Of a stretch of 64,000 nt of DNA, positions 18,028 to 28,220 are shown in pieces; positions within the stretch are counted from its first letter, which is position 1; the number at the start of each line of letters is the position of its first letter. Source of the DNA: a virus (lineage: Duplodnaviria > Caudoviricetes). The notes beneath the pieces were generated by a model. The model was given only the letters and a program-made list of their open reading frames with translations, did not search any database and was not told the DNA's origin. Made by a program: the position numbers and the translations under genes. The stretch spans positions 1-64,000 of the IMG/VR virus record IMGVR_UViG_3300022923_000005; one strand, written 5' to 3'.

Positions 18028-18742
18028 CTTTATAACTTTTGTCTTTACCTTTTGAATGGTTAATGTAAGGGCCTACTAGACTAGCGTGTATAGGGTGCTT
18101 ACCTGATTTAGCAACATTCAAATCATAAAATAATTTAGGATCAAAGTTTTTACGCATTACATCGAATGTGTAACTGTCGTGTGTCTGTGGCAGGTTAATA
18201 AATTCGCCGCTTAAAAATAATTCTTCCCATTGCTCCATAAACTTATGTGTTTCTGGTCTGTCTAAATTAAATGCCATAAATCCACACTCGCTATACTTGT
18301 GTGGTCTTCCTACATAAGCAGCAATTATATCTCTATTAAAAACTATTGATTGGAATCTTTCGTCAAATGGTTTGTGAAATAAACTATCTGCATCCATCCA
18401 TACAAGCCAACCTGTTTGTGTTTTTCTCCAGGCTTGCCATATAGCAAAAGTTTTATGACTAAACTTAACAGCGTCCCATTTAAATCCTTTTGCACCATTT
18501 GCTTTAGGATGATCCTTCCATTTTTCAGCAAACGCAGGAAGTGCTGGACAATCTTTATATAGATCAATCCATTCGCATCTATTGGAAAATCCGCCTATTG
18601 ATTTTTTAGTAACTGCTTTAGGTAGTTCGTGGTAAAAGAGAAGTTTTGATTCTTTATGCCAGTTTTTATCTAATTCTCTGGTAGTTGTACTTGTAAGTTC
18701 GTTCCAATATTTTTCGTTAAAACTTGTAACGACTGTGTACAT
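17990..18742 (-). CDS. GT-A fold glycosyltransferase
   Basis: VVTSF, AVKFSHK, WMDAD, SECGF and HDS motifs; paralogue of 23825..24670. Confidence 0.75.
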   Translation of the reverse strand: MYTVVTSFNEKYWNELTSTTTRELDKNWHKESKLLFYHELPKAVTKKSIGGFSNRCEWIDLYKDCPALPAFAEKWKDHPKANGAKGFKWDAVKFSHKTFAIWQAWRKTQTGWLVWMDADSLFHKPFDERFQSIVFNRDIIAAYVGRPHKYSECGFMAFNLDRPETHKFMEQWEELFLSGEFINLPQTHDSYTFDVMRKNFDPKLFYDLNVAKSGKHPIHASLVGPYINHSKGKDKSYKVNKFLSRQAQAS

Positions 18743-19092
18743 TATTTCTTACTCTTGCTGCCTGAAGTGCGTCTTACAATGTCATCGTGATTGAACTCTG
18801 CCCAATACAATTCAAATGCTACACCATCTTCAAGTCCTTCAAACTGATGCACTTTACCAGGCTTCACTTGTGTAAAGTCGCCTGCATTAAGAATAGTTTC
18901 ATCAACAAGTCCTTGGTCATCTTGCCAAACACGTACAAGCATCTTACCTGATTCTACAAAGAAGCCATTCCATTTAAATTGGTGTTCGTGTTCACTGCAT
19001 TTGAATCCTGCTTTGTATTCAATACGGTGAAACTCTAGTACACCATTAGCGTGGATCAATTCTGTTTGACCCCAAATCTTTCCTGCTTTCAT
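18742..19092 (-). CDS. cupin-domain protein (sugar isomerase-like)
   Basis: KIWG, CSEHEHQFKWNGF and PGKVHQF cupin motifs. Confidence 0.8.
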   Translation of the reverse strand: MKAGKIWGQTELIHANGVLEFHRIEYKAGFKCSEHEHQFKWNGFFVESGKMLVRVWQDDQGLVDETILNAGDFTQVKPGKVHQFEGLEDGVAFELYWAEFNHDDIVRRTSGSKSKK

Positions 19093-19292
19093 TAATCTAT
19101 CTCCGTTCTTACGATATGCTTTCTTAAAGCTCTAACAAGTTCTTCTATCTTATCTACTACTGCAATCATATTTCTATCAGTAATATATTTTTGTTTTTCT
19201 CTTAACCTGTCATATTCTTTTAGTGGTATTGTTACCATTGATTGTTCATTTTCAAACGTTCTGTCGTCGTCTCTTTCCTCAACACTAGTCAT
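19092..19292 (-). CDS. hypothetical protein
   Basis: 66-aa ORF with AGGAGG ribosome-binding site. Confidence 0.7.
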   Translation of the reverse strand: MTSVEERDDDRTFENEQSMVTIPLKEYDRLREKQKYITDRNMIAVVDKIEELVRALRKHIVRTEID

Positions 19293-19319
19293 AAACCTCC
19301 TGGGTTGTATTAGTAATTA

Positions 19320-19826
19320 TTATAGTAGTTTGGCCAGTTCAACCATTTCTGATTGCCTACTAATTTCTTTAACAAAATATGCACACGGGGGATTGTGTCC
19401 ATTATGCAGTGGTACTGTTAGTAACTGTCCGTTTTTCATCTTAGGAAAGAACCAACGTACATCTTGATATATGTTTGTTATTTCTACTGGTTGAAAATCT
19501 ACTCTATATCCTTTAATTGGATTCATTATCATTGCTTCGAATCCTCTTTCATTAATACTTGTTAAAGGCATAACTTCTGGATCTGCTAAACATTCGCTGT
19601 CGCCTACTAACATACACCAATCTAAAGGCATTTGTATTTCGTGGCCGCCAATATTTAAACATATAGCAGGACTGTTAAAACTTTCTAAAAATATTAAAGG
19701 CATAAAGAAGAAGTCTGGTTCTGCAGGTGTACTATTATCTAGCACACTAAATCTAGCATCTTCTTCTACCTCTTCAGGCAATTCGTTTAGATCAAATGCC
19801 TTATTATCTAGTGTTAGTATTCTCAT
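19320..19826 (-). CDS. hypothetical protein downstream of uvsW
   Basis: 168-aa ORF with AAGGAG ribosome-binding site. Confidence 0.8.
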   Translation of the reverse strand: MRILTLDNKAFDLNELPEEVEEDARFSVLDNSTPAEPDFFFMPLIFLESFNSPAICLNIGGHEIQMPLDWCMLVGDSECLADPEVMPLTSINERGFEAMIMNPIKGYRVDFQPVEITNIYQDVRWFFPKMKNGQLLTVPLHNGHNPPCAYFVKEISRQSEMVELAKLL

Positions 19827-19835
19827 TTATTCTCC

Positions 19836-21293
19836 TTAAATGTCTACCTTTGTAACGCTATGCGGATACTTTGCTTCGCGGTAGAATCGTTTTCTTTCTG
19901 TTAAGTGTCTTTTTGCATATTTGCAAGTAGAAGTCATATCCCAAATCTGGACAAAATCTTTGTCCTCTGCTTTTCGTATGCCTCTGCCAATTGACTGAAT
20001 AACACGTATAAAAGACTTGCCAGGCTCAATAAGAACAAGGTTAAAAATACGAGGAATATTAATACCAACTGCGGCAACGCCGTAAGTAGCGATAATGATT
20101 TTACCATCACTAGTTTTAATTTCATCATATTGTTCTTTTCTGTCATCGAGTTTAACATCTCCTCTGATAAACGTTGCATCAGGTAATCTTTCTAATAGTT
20201 TCTTACCTGTGTCAATTCTGTTTACTAGTACAAGTGTGTTTCCGTCTTTAATAATTTTGTTGATATGATCTCCAACCCAATCTAAACGTTTGCTATCTGT
20301 AACTAGCCAAGTGTACTCTTCTGCATAGTTTCTAAATGTTTCTATGTCTTTGCTTTGTAAAATTTGTATATCAAGATTTGCTAATACACCTTTTTCTTGT
20401 AAGTCGTGTGCTGATACATTATTAATTACAGGTCCAATTCCTGCAAGTATACCTTGGAACTCCCATTTCTCTTTAGGCACTGTACCTGTTAATCCCCAAC
20501 GTATAGGAGCATTACGGAAGTTAACTGTAAGTAATTTTTTAAGCACATCTGCTTTTGCTTGATGTACTTCGTCAATAATAATTGCACTGACACCATCAAT
20601 AAATTCTGCAAGTGTAAGTGCTGCCTCATAGTCTTTACTTTTCTTATCAAGTATGTTTAGACTTTGCCAAGTACAGATAGTATGTGTTTTGCCAAGTTCT
20701 TTTCTATCACCAAAGTAAACACCTACATCTAATCCTAAGTTAACATAATCTTCTTCTGTTTGCGTTACAAGCGACTTATTAGGAACAATTACCATTGTAC
20801 GTCCGTAAGGTTCGCACAAATGACTTAGTGTTGCTGTTGTAATAGTTTTCCCTGCGCCCGTTGCAACTTCTTGTAGTGCTTGTGGATTTTCTAAAAACTT
20901 ATTAACTACATCATATTGATAATCACGTAGCACAATAGGCTTACCTTCTTCAGGATGACCTTTAGGCCAAGTCTTACCTTGATCAGCCCAATAGTTTTCT
21001 GTAATTTTATCAAACTCAAGATTAGGTGCTATACGCTGATCAATAACCTCAATATCATAACCATCATTCTCAACTATAGGCAGTGCAACATCTAAGTGTG
21101 CAAGATATCCATTACCACCAATACCAAAGAAACTTACAGTACCGTCCCATCTACCTAATTTAAATGCAGGCATATGACGGGCATAAGGTAAATCAAACTT
21201 TAGTTTGTTTACAATCTTTCTGCGTGTTTCAACAGCAAGACCTTCAAACTTTACGTTTACTTCATCTTTAATTATTAACTTACAGTTCGACAA
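19836..21293 (-). CDS. uvsW: UvsW-like SF2 helicase
   Basis: LRDYQ, ATGAGKT, DEVH, GLTGT and QSIGRGIR motifs. Confidence 0.93.
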   Translation of the reverse strand: MSNCKLIIKDEVNVKFEGLAVETRRKIVNKLKFDLPYARHMPAFKLGRWDGTVSFFGIGGNGYLAHLDVALPIVENDGYDIEVIDQRIAPNLEFDKITENYWADQGKTWPKGHPEEGKPIVLRDYQYDVVNKFLENPQALQEVATGAGKTITTATLSHLCEPYGRTMVIVPNKSLVTQTEEDYVNLGLDVGVYFGDRKELGKTHTICTWQSLNILDKKSKDYEAALTLAEFIDGVSAIIIDEVHQAKADVLKKLLTVNFRNAPIRWGLTGTVPKEKWEFQGILAGIGPVINNVSAHDLQEKGVLANLDIQILQSKDIETFRNYAEEYTWLVTDSKRLDWVGDHINKIIKDGNTLVLVNRIDTGKKLLERLPDATFIRGDVKLDDRKEQYDEIKTSDGKIIIATYGVAAVGINIPRIFNLVLIEPGKSFIRVIQSIGRGIRKAEDKDFVQIWDMTSTCKYAKRHLTERKRFYREAKYPHSVTKVDI

Positions 21294-22455
21294 TAGTTCT
21301 TTTTCCTCGACTTGGTTCTATTTCTCCTACATAAAACACAATAGGACTTGACTCAATCAAGTCTCTAGTTAAGCCAAATGTAGAAGGCATTAAATTGTTT
21401 GTAGCAACTATTATAACATCATTTTCCTGTTTGAACAACCACTTAGCAGGCTTATGTTGGAAGATTAGGAACTTTGCACCTTCAATTTTTCCTCCAAACT
21501 TGTTATCACGCACCCAATTATTAAATTCTGGATCATCTTTATTGTTAGTACGGAAACAAACTCTAAAGTCATTAGGGTTATATTTGTTGGAATCTATACA
21601 CTTTTTTAGTTCTTTCATATACTCTAGTGCATCTGCTGCTCTGTCTAATAATACTACAATTTTGCCTTCGACTTGATAAGATAGACTTACAAACTCATCA
21701 ACATTTTTTAGCCAAAATGTATTATGATGGTTACTGCTTATTTGTTGTGCAGTTGTATTATTAGGTTGTTTTAACGGATACCCCATACTTTTTGCAAGTA
21801 GCATATCATTTACTAAATTACCATTTGACTTTTTAAGAAAATAATTTTCAGCATCTTCAGTACAGTTTACAATTTGTACTTCGTCATCATCAATAATACT
21901 ATGTGGTTCATATATAGCACGTTCTTGCCAAATTTCTTCTATCTGGTCAACACAACTTCTAAAGGTGTCGTCTATTTTAAAATCATTTTCTTCACACCAT
22001 TTTTCTACTTCTACAATATTTGCTTTGTAGATATTAATTTGTCTAATGCGTCTATCCGCATTCCAGAAATGGCCTTTTTCAACATTGGGTCTAAATGTAG
22101 ACTCAAAGTTATCTTTTAAACTATAAGGAAATTTCAAGCAAATGAGAGGAGTTTTAACACTGCCTTGCTCAACCCATATTTCTTTAGACATATCTACAAC
22201 TCTAAAAGGCTTCTTCCACATAGGATGTTCTAGGTGGGGTTCGACTTCTATAAACGGCCTTACACTGTTTCTATATTTGTAGATAATCTTTAAGATATAT
22301 GCACCTTGTTTTTCCGTCAAGTCTTTACCAGAGTTGATGCTATTGTAAAAACTTCTAGCAGCAGACTGATCGTGATATTGCATACCTAGAAGGTTCTGGT
22401 CCATAATGTCCATAACCTTGACGAATAGATCTTCTATATAAGTTAAGTGTGTCAT
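21280..22455 (-). CDS. hypothetical protein upstream of uvsW
   Basis: 391-aa ORF. Confidence 0.8.
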   Translation of the reverse strand: MTHLTYIEDLFVKVMDIMDQNLLGMQYHDQSAARSFYNSINSGKDLTEKQGAYILKIIYKYRNSVRPFIEVEPHLEHPMWKKPFRVVDMSKEIWVEQGSVKTPLICLKFPYSLKDNFESTFRPNVEKGHFWNADRRIRQINIYKANIVEVEKWCEENDFKIDDTFRSCVDQIEEIWQERAIYEPHSIIDDDEVQIVNCTEDAENYFLKKSNGNLVNDMLLAKSMGYPLKQPNNTTAQQISSNHHNTFWLKNVDEFVSLSYQVEGKIVVLLDRAADALEYMKELKKCIDSNKYNPNDFRVCFRTNNKDDPEFNNWVRDNKFGGKIEGAKFLIFQHKPAKWLFKQENDVIIVATNNLMPSTFGLTRDLIESSPIVFYVGEIEPSRGKRTIVEL

Positions 22456-22461
22456 AAATTT

Positions 22462-22490
22462 ATTATACGGTCTATAAACTAAGAAGTCAA
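22462..22490 (-). promoter_or_regulatory. sigma70-type promoter abutting a start codon
   Basis: TTGACT (22485-22490), 17-nt spacer, TATAAT (22462-22467), 6 nt, ATG 22455. Confidence 0.75.
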
Positions 22491-23347
22491 TAACTTACTT
22501 GCTTTTTTATAAACTTTTCTAGTCTTTTTATAGGAATGCCTTGCTTAATCTCATCAACTGTCCACTCACAATGTGTAAGTTTTGTAAACCATAAAAGTCT
22601 TTCATCAGGTAATTTAGGGTCTTCGATGTTTTCTAGTTTGTCACTAACAGGATATGCAAGGCTGCTATCCCCAGTGATAACCGGTGTGCCATTTATTGCT
22701 GCAAGTATTGGCGGACCACTGTTATGGTTAATTACTACGTGGTAGTTATAATTGATATCAAAGTTATCATACGTGCCAGTTACTTGTATAGGCTGCTGTC
22801 TTGTAACGTTTTGCCATTCGTGTTCTATACCTGGCATCGGTGACCTTGGATGGGGACGGATAACAATTGGTCTGTCTGTTATTTTCCTTATTGCATCAAT
22901 CGTTTGCATAGTCCAGTCTGCCATAGAAGGCATACCTTGCCACTGTAAACTTTTCTGATGTTGCGTTGCAATTAGAATTGCTTCCTTTCTATTAGTGTTA
23001 GGTAATGACATTTGCAATCCTAACTTCTTAGGTCTATTAACATCAATATCTTCGTTGGCTCCGAACTCGCCTAGTCCATTAATATGGTTAAGACAAATAC
23101 GCCAAGTTTCATTTCTTTTTAAATTTCCAACTTCAATAATTATAACTGGCTTGTTCTCTCTTATGCATCTTTCGTAAACTTGTTGGTTTGAAGACATACG
23201 GCCATTCCATAGCACTGACCAGATTACAGCAACATCTTCGTTGTCGCTTACCACTGTGTGTCCTTGTGCTTGAAGTCCTTGTTGAAATGCATCAAAAATA
23301 CTAGGACTGTTTAACGCACCAAATTGTCTATATAACTTAAAACGCAT
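22487..23347 (-). CDS. KpsS/KpsC-like GT-B protein
   Basis: TDRPIVIRPHPR, HNSGP..LAAINGTP and W..L...EWT motifs. Confidence 0.65.
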   Translation of the reverse strand: MRFKLYRQFGALNSPSIFDAFQQGLQAQGHTVVSDNEDVAVIWSVLWNGRMSSNQQVYERCIRENKPVIIIEVGNLKRNETWRICLNHINGLGEFGANEDIDVNRPKKLGLQMSLPNTNRKEAILIATQHQKSLQWQGMPSMADWTMQTIDAIRKITDRPIVIRPHPRSPMPGIEHEWQNVTRQQPIQVTGTYDNFDINYNYHVVINHNSGPPILAAINGTPVITGDSSLAYPVSDKLENIEDPKLPDERLLWFTKLTHCEWTVDEIKQGIPIKRLEKFIKKQVSY

Positions 23348-23426
23348 CAGTAGTATTTAAGTGCAGTAGCCAAGATTTTTGTGCAGAATGGATAAAATAC
23401 TTAAATAACTTAAAGTATGTTAGCCA

Positions 23427-23828
23427 ATGAACAAATATACCAAACGAATAAAAAAAACTTTACTGCACAAACCAAAAGATGCAATCGTAATTGGTTCAGG
23501 AATGAACTTATTGCCGTCTATTATAGAAATATTCGATACTGTTTTCCTGCATAGTAGAACAGGAATGTATGTAAAAGATAAAAAAGTTGTTTATAGAAAA
23601 GACATTAAAACTTTATATGCATTATCTTCAGTTTCAGCAGTATTTGTTGACCTTGAACACATAAAGGCACTTGATTTGATATCACCATTATATTATAATC
23701 CAGGTCCAGAAATTGTAATCGAAGGTACAGAAGTAATTGGAAGAGATAGAAGTGTTGCTTTGTATGCGGCTAACTATAATGCACTAGTACAAGGTGATAA
23801 CTTTCATATATGGGACAAAGTAAAATGA
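23427..23828 (+). CDS. hypothetical protein
   Basis: 133-aa ORF after a TAAATA promoter. Confidence 0.65.
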   Translation: MNKYTKRIKKTLLHKPKDAIVIGSGMNLLPSIIEIFDTVFLHSRTGMYVKDKKVVYRKDIKTLYALSSVSAVFVDLEHIKALDLISPLYYNPGPEIVIEGTEVIGRDRSVALYAANYNALVQGDNFHIWDKVK

Positions 23829-24670
23829 ACATAAGTGTTGTAACTACATTTCATAAGCCAGGCTATGAGCAATATGGCAAAAGAATGATTAAAACTTTCT
23901 TAGAAAATTGGCCTAAAGATATCAATTTGTATGTGTATGCTGAAAATTGTGAAGTAGAAGAAAAAGCAGACAATCTTATTGTGAAAGATTTACACGCAGA
24001 AAGTCCAGAGCTCGTAAAATTTAAAGAAAAATGGAAAAATGTACCTAAAGCAAACGGTGACGTTTCAGATGATCCTATTAGATCACGTAGACGTGATAGT
24101 GGCAAAGGTTTTAAATGGCACGCTATTAGATTTGCACACAAAGTTTACAGTATTTTTGCTTGTGCTAAAGAATGTAACACAGATGTGCTTATGTGGATGG
24201 ATGCAGATACTATTTGTCATAGTCCAATTACACACGCAGACTTGCAAAGACTTATTCCTGCAGATAAAGAACTTTCATATTTAGGTCGTAGAGGCAAATA
24301 TAGTGAATGCGGATTATATGCTGTTAAGTTAAGTAGTCCAAGAGCTGTAAAATTTTTAAATGAATTTCAACGTGTTTATGATGAAGCAGAAAGTGGTATT
24401 TTTACAATGGCAGAATGGCACGATAGTTTTGTATTTGATGAAGTTCGTAAAAGATTCCCTAAATTAATTCAACATAACTGGGCAGGACACTTAGTTGACT
24501 TACGTCCAAGACCTGGAATGTCAACAGGAGAAGGACATCCTCTAATTAATTGTGATTGGGGAGCATATTTAGACCATTTAAAAGGCGATAGAAAACGTAT
24601 GGGTCGTAGTAAGCGTGATGATTTAAAAGTTATGCGTACAGAACCTTATTGGCAGCAGCAATTACGTTAA
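23825..24670 (+). CDS. GT-A fold glycosyltransferase
   Basis: VVTTF, AIRFAHK, WMDAD, YSECG, EWHDSFVFD and DHLKG motifs. Confidence 0.78.
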   Translation: MNISVVTTFHKPGYEQYGKRMIKTFLENWPKDINLYVYAENCEVEEKADNLIVKDLHAESPELVKFKEKWKNVPKANGDVSDDPIRSRRRDSGKGFKWHAIRFAHKVYSIFACAKECNTDVLMWMDADTICHSPITHADLQRLIPADKELSYLGRRGKYSECGLYAVKLSSPRAVKFLNEFQRVYDEAESGIFTMAEWHDSFVFDEVRKRFPKLIQHNWAGHLVDLRPRPGMSTGEGHPLINCDWGAYLDHLKGDRKRMGRSKRDDLKVMRTEPYWQQQLR

Positions 24671-25413
24671 TTTCCGTGGCGTTCAGCAGCAATTTTTTGT
24701 TTATCTTCAGGTAAAAGTTTAACATAAGGTCCAGGCCCCATTCTTCTACCAAATGCTTCTTTAGAAGGAGCATTTTCTCCAGACGTTGGAGCGTAAATTA
24801 AGATACGTTTACTTTTATTATCAATCATATCGTAATTTCTATCCTCTAAAAACTTGCAAATTACGTCTACGTCAGCACTTACTTCAAATGCTATCCAAGG
24901 TTGCTGTTGTTCTATGACATTTTGTGCGCCTTGTATCACTTGCCATTCATAACCTTGTACATCCATCTTAATCAATGAAATATTTTCAATATTTTCTTCA
25001 TCAAGTTTTCTTACAGGCACATTATATAGACCTGGTACATCACCTTCATTCCATAATTTACTATTTCCACAATTTTTTATCTCATCGTGGAAGGTTGATT
25101 CGCCATTAAAATTAGAAAGTGCAACATTTTTAATAATTGTTTTACCTTCTACATTTTTTTCTAAACATTCTCTGTTTCTAACACTAGGTTCGTAACTATA
25201 AACAGTGTCAAAATGTTGTGCAAGTGTAATACTCCATACACCAACGTTAGCACCTACGTCTACAAATGTGTTTTTTACAGGAATATTTTTTAAAATTGTT
25301 TTTCTTTGTTTATGTTCGTACTCAGCAAGTGCAGGTGACTTATCACTTTCGATATGACGTGTCATTTTAGTGTCACCTTCTGGTACGTGCCATCCGTTTG
25401 GCAGTTGTCTCAT
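24667..25413 (-). CDS. FkbM-family methyltransferase
   Basis: VDVGANVG, YEP and LIKMDVQGYE motifs. Confidence 0.9.
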   Translation of the reverse strand: MRQLPNGWHVPEGDTKMTRHIESDKSPALAEYEHKQRKTILKNIPVKNTFVDVGANVGVWSITLAQHFDTVYSYEPSVRNRECLEKNVEGKTIIKNVALSNFNGESTFHDEIKNCGNSKLWNEGDVPGLYNVPVRKLDEENIENISLIKMDVQGYEWQVIQGAQNVIEQQQPWIAFEVSADVDVICKFLEDRNYDMIDNKSKRILIYAPTSGENAPSKEAFGRRMGPGPYVKLLPEDKQKIAAERHGN

Positions 25414-26333
25414 ATGTATCTCCTAAAAAATTCCCACGCTTCGCCGCTTTTTAGTTCATTAAAGTTCCAATGACACATTGACAGTCTTTCTATCCACTGT
25501 TGTCTATCAGGAAATTTAGGATCTTCTAATCTTTTTAGGTTTGTGTTACAAACTCCATTCACTTGGCTGACACTTGGATCAGGATCTGTAACAAATACAG
25601 GCACACCTTCAATTAAACTTGCAACACTAGGGGAACTATTGTAAACTACAGTTGCCCAAGCATTAAGTAAGTCGTGTCTAATATTAGGAGCCCAAGAAAC
25701 AAACACATTAGGTTCATTAATACGCAAATACTGTCTTGCTTTTTTATCTCCTGGGTGAGCTCGTATAATAATTGGTCTATCTGTAAATCCTTTTATCTTT
25801 TTAATTGTATCTGTAAGCCATTGCATTACAGGAATACCTTTCATTGACCAACCACCGTTACGTTGTAAGCATACTAAGATGTGTTTGCCGTCTTTTCTAT
25901 ATTCTTTTAATGGTAAATTTAGTGCAGCACTAATTTTCTTCCATCTTGTAGGATCAACATCTTGGTCAAAGTAAAAACCTGTTGTAGGAAACACGCCGTC
26001 AAAACTATAACGTAGATAAGTTTTTGTATTCCCTGGATCAGCATACAAAAATAAATTACTGTCTACAATTAATGAACGTTTTCCTGTTTGTTTTTGTTTT
26101 TCTACCGCATTTCTGCGCAATAATAAGTGTGGTGCAGTTTTTCCGTGTTCGTGTACAAATCCTTGAATGAATGCAACGTCACAATCAAGCACATTAAAGC
26201 CTTGATGTTCAATTCCATTGTCTCCTATTGCGTTTACACCTGCAATAAAGTTTTTTAAAATTAAAGGTTTCTCAGGATTGTTATTTTGTGGTGGAATACC
26301 AGCAAAATATGCTACTGCTGTGCGTTTACTCAT
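25410..26333 (-). CDS. KpsS/KpsC-like GT-B protein
   Basis: TDRPIIIRAHP, YNSSPSVASLIEGVP and RQQW motifs. Confidence 0.65.
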   Translation of the reverse strand: MSKRTAVAYFAGIPPQNNNPEKPLILKNFIAGVNAIGDNGIEHQGFNVLDCDVAFIQGFVHEHGKTAPHLLLRRNAVEKQKQTGKRSLIVDSNLFLYADPGNTKTYLRYSFDGVFPTTGFYFDQDVDPTRWKKISAALNLPLKEYRKDGKHILVCLQRNGGWSMKGIPVMQWLTDTIKKIKGFTDRPIIIRAHPGDKKARQYLRINEPNVFVSWAPNIRHDLLNAWATVVYNSSPSVASLIEGVPVFVTDPDPSVSQVNGVCNTNLKRLEDPKFPDRQQWIERLSMCHWNFNELKSGEAWEFFRRYI

Positions 26334-27444
26334 TGACTGTATACTTTTTAACTAAGTTCCCTGCTGTTCCTGTTACAATTTCTTCTTTAGTAAACTGTTG
26401 GTAACTTAACATACACAACCATTCACCTAATGGTCCTCTATATAGGCTGTTTATGTCACTTAGTTTGTCTACAGTTACTGGATTTGTTACGTGTGCGCCC
26501 AATGTAACAGCCGGCACACCTTGCCAAATTGCTTCTGTAGCAGCATTACTGTTAATGCTGACAATACAGTAATAATCTTCGTCTGCTAATTCTTTATACA
26601 AGTTTGTACGTTCTTTCTTAGGCGCTTTTTCTCTAAATTTAATTTTTTTGTCTGTATACTGCCTTAATTCTCTTTCAATGTCGTACTTCCAAGTCTTCAA
26701 ATCACAATGAAATACACTTGCAGCAAAAGGTCCTGGTTCAATAATGTAAATTATGTCTCCCCCTTCTCTCCAAGGCTTAGGAAACTGCTTAAAGTTGCCT
26801 AATCTGTCTGCAGGGGCTTGAAAAAACTTGCCGTAATGTAAATGGTTGCGAACTAACCTATGCCATTTCTTATTATCTTCTAAAAAGTTTGTGTAACCGC
26901 TATCTATAAACCACATAGGATAGTTGTTATCTATTTTTGTAACAAGTAGTTCTTCATTACCTACTGTATTCCTAATTACACAATCATCTGTGTAACTATT
27001 GAACTTATGTCTACGCATTAATTGACCTTTAGGGTCTAAATTAAGTCCACATCCTTTTACAAACTCAGTTATTTCACTTTTCTTGTATGCATTTAGTACA
27101 CGTTGTTCTCCAAAACGATCAAGTATTGTTTCTATTTCTTTATGGATTGTATTAAAGTATGCATTACGTAAATTAAATTTTTCTTGCTTGACAGCGTTGC
27201 GCCAATCTGTTAAATCTTGTGCAATTGCCTTTTTAAGTTTCTTTGCAAATTTTCTTTTTTCAGATCTTGCTTCATCTGGATTCATACGCCATTCTTTTTG
27301 ACGCTTTGATCCTCGTTTTAAAAATCCTTGTACAACTTCAGCAGCATTTCTGTCAGTTGGGTGTAACTTATATAACTCTTGTGGCACACCTATCAAGTGT
27401 AGTAGGTAATTTGCAATTTCTTTGTTATTTAAAAGTAGTTTCAT
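26326..27444 (-). CDS. KpsS/KpsC-like GT-B protein with N-terminal extension
   Basis: IDSGY, WHRLVRN, INSNAATEAIWQGVP and LSYQQFT motifs. Confidence 0.65.
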   Translation of the reverse strand: MKLLLNNKEIANYLLHLIGVPQELYKLHPTDRNAAEVVQGFLKRGSKRQKEWRMNPDEARSEKRKFAKKLKKAIAQDLTDWRNAVKQEKFNLRNAYFNTIHKEIETILDRFGEQRVLNAYKKSEITEFVKGCGLNLDPKGQLMRRHKFNSYTDDCVIRNTVGNEELLVTKIDNNYPMWFIDSGYTNFLEDNKKWHRLVRNHLHYGKFFQAPADRLGNFKQFPKPWREGGDIIYIIEPGPFAASVFHCDLKTWKYDIERELRQYTDKKIKFREKAPKKERTNLYKELADEDYYCIVSINSNAATEAIWQGVPAVTLGAHVTNPVTVDKLSDINSLYRGPLGEWLCMLSYQQFTKEEIVTGTAGNLVKKYTVNE

Positions 27445-28220
27445 CTATATTTCTCAGTAAGTTTATATGCAACACCACTTAGTATTTCATCAATAGTAAA
27501 TTGTGTGTATGCAAGATTCCTACAATGCCTTTCTATTAATTTAGTTTTAGGTTTAAAAGGATTTGCTAGTTGTGATAAGTCAGTTGATGCCAAAGGACTA
27601 GCAGCACAAGGCACACTTACAAAAGCAGGTATACCATAAAGTACTGATTCGAGTGCAGCCATACTATTCATTGCAACAGTTGCATATACGCCACTATCAA
27701 ATGCATCATATATTGTATACCCTTTATTACGTTCACTACGCGAACCTTTTATACGTACTTCTACTGGCAAATCGCTGTATTTTGCAATTTGTTCTTTCGT
27801 ATCTTTAACCCACTTGTCATAATCAATGTTATACCACTTACAGGCTTTTGGATTTGGCATTACTAACAATATTTTTTTGTTATAATTTTTCCAACCTTTC
27901 CAAACTAACCTTGGGTCATCTGTTAACAATCTTTCCCAACGATCACCTGGAACATCTACAATGTCAACTTGTTGATTTTCGTTTTTAACAATACGATGCC
28001 ACTTCTTTTGTCCTTTTTTATTACCTGGACTTGGAAAGTTACCAAAGTATCCTGTATCTATGTACCAAAAATCTCTTCCAATTGCTTGTGCGTTGTCACG
28101 ATGGCCGTTTTTTATGACACCACGGATTACGTGTGGCTTGGTGATATCTTTAGAATCTAGTGTAAGGCGGTTTTCACTTCCTCTTACTAATGCTTCTTCA
28201 AGACCTATTGTATCATCCAT
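27441..28220 (-). CDS. KpsS/KpsC-like GT-B protein
   Basis: IDTGYFGN, WHRIVKN, MNSMAALESVLYGIP and LAYTQFT motifs. Confidence 0.65.
   Translation of the reverse strand: MDDTIGLEEALVRGSENRLTLDSKDITKPHVIRGVIKNGHRDNAQAIGRDFWYIDTGYFGNFPSPGNKKGQKKWHRIVKNENQQVDIVDVPGDRWERLLTDDPRLVWKGWKNYNKKILLVMPNPKACKWYNIDYDKWVKDTKEQIAKYSDLPVEVRIKGSRSERNKGYTIYDAFDSGVYATVAMNSMAALESVLYGIPAFVSVPCAASPLASTDLSQLANPFKPKTKLIERHCRNLAYTQFTIDEILSGVAYKLTEKYR

Noticed and set aside
19320-19826. Possible Hint/intein-like domain
   Set aside because: No N-terminal Cys/Ser or terminal His-Asn; cannot be supported by eye.
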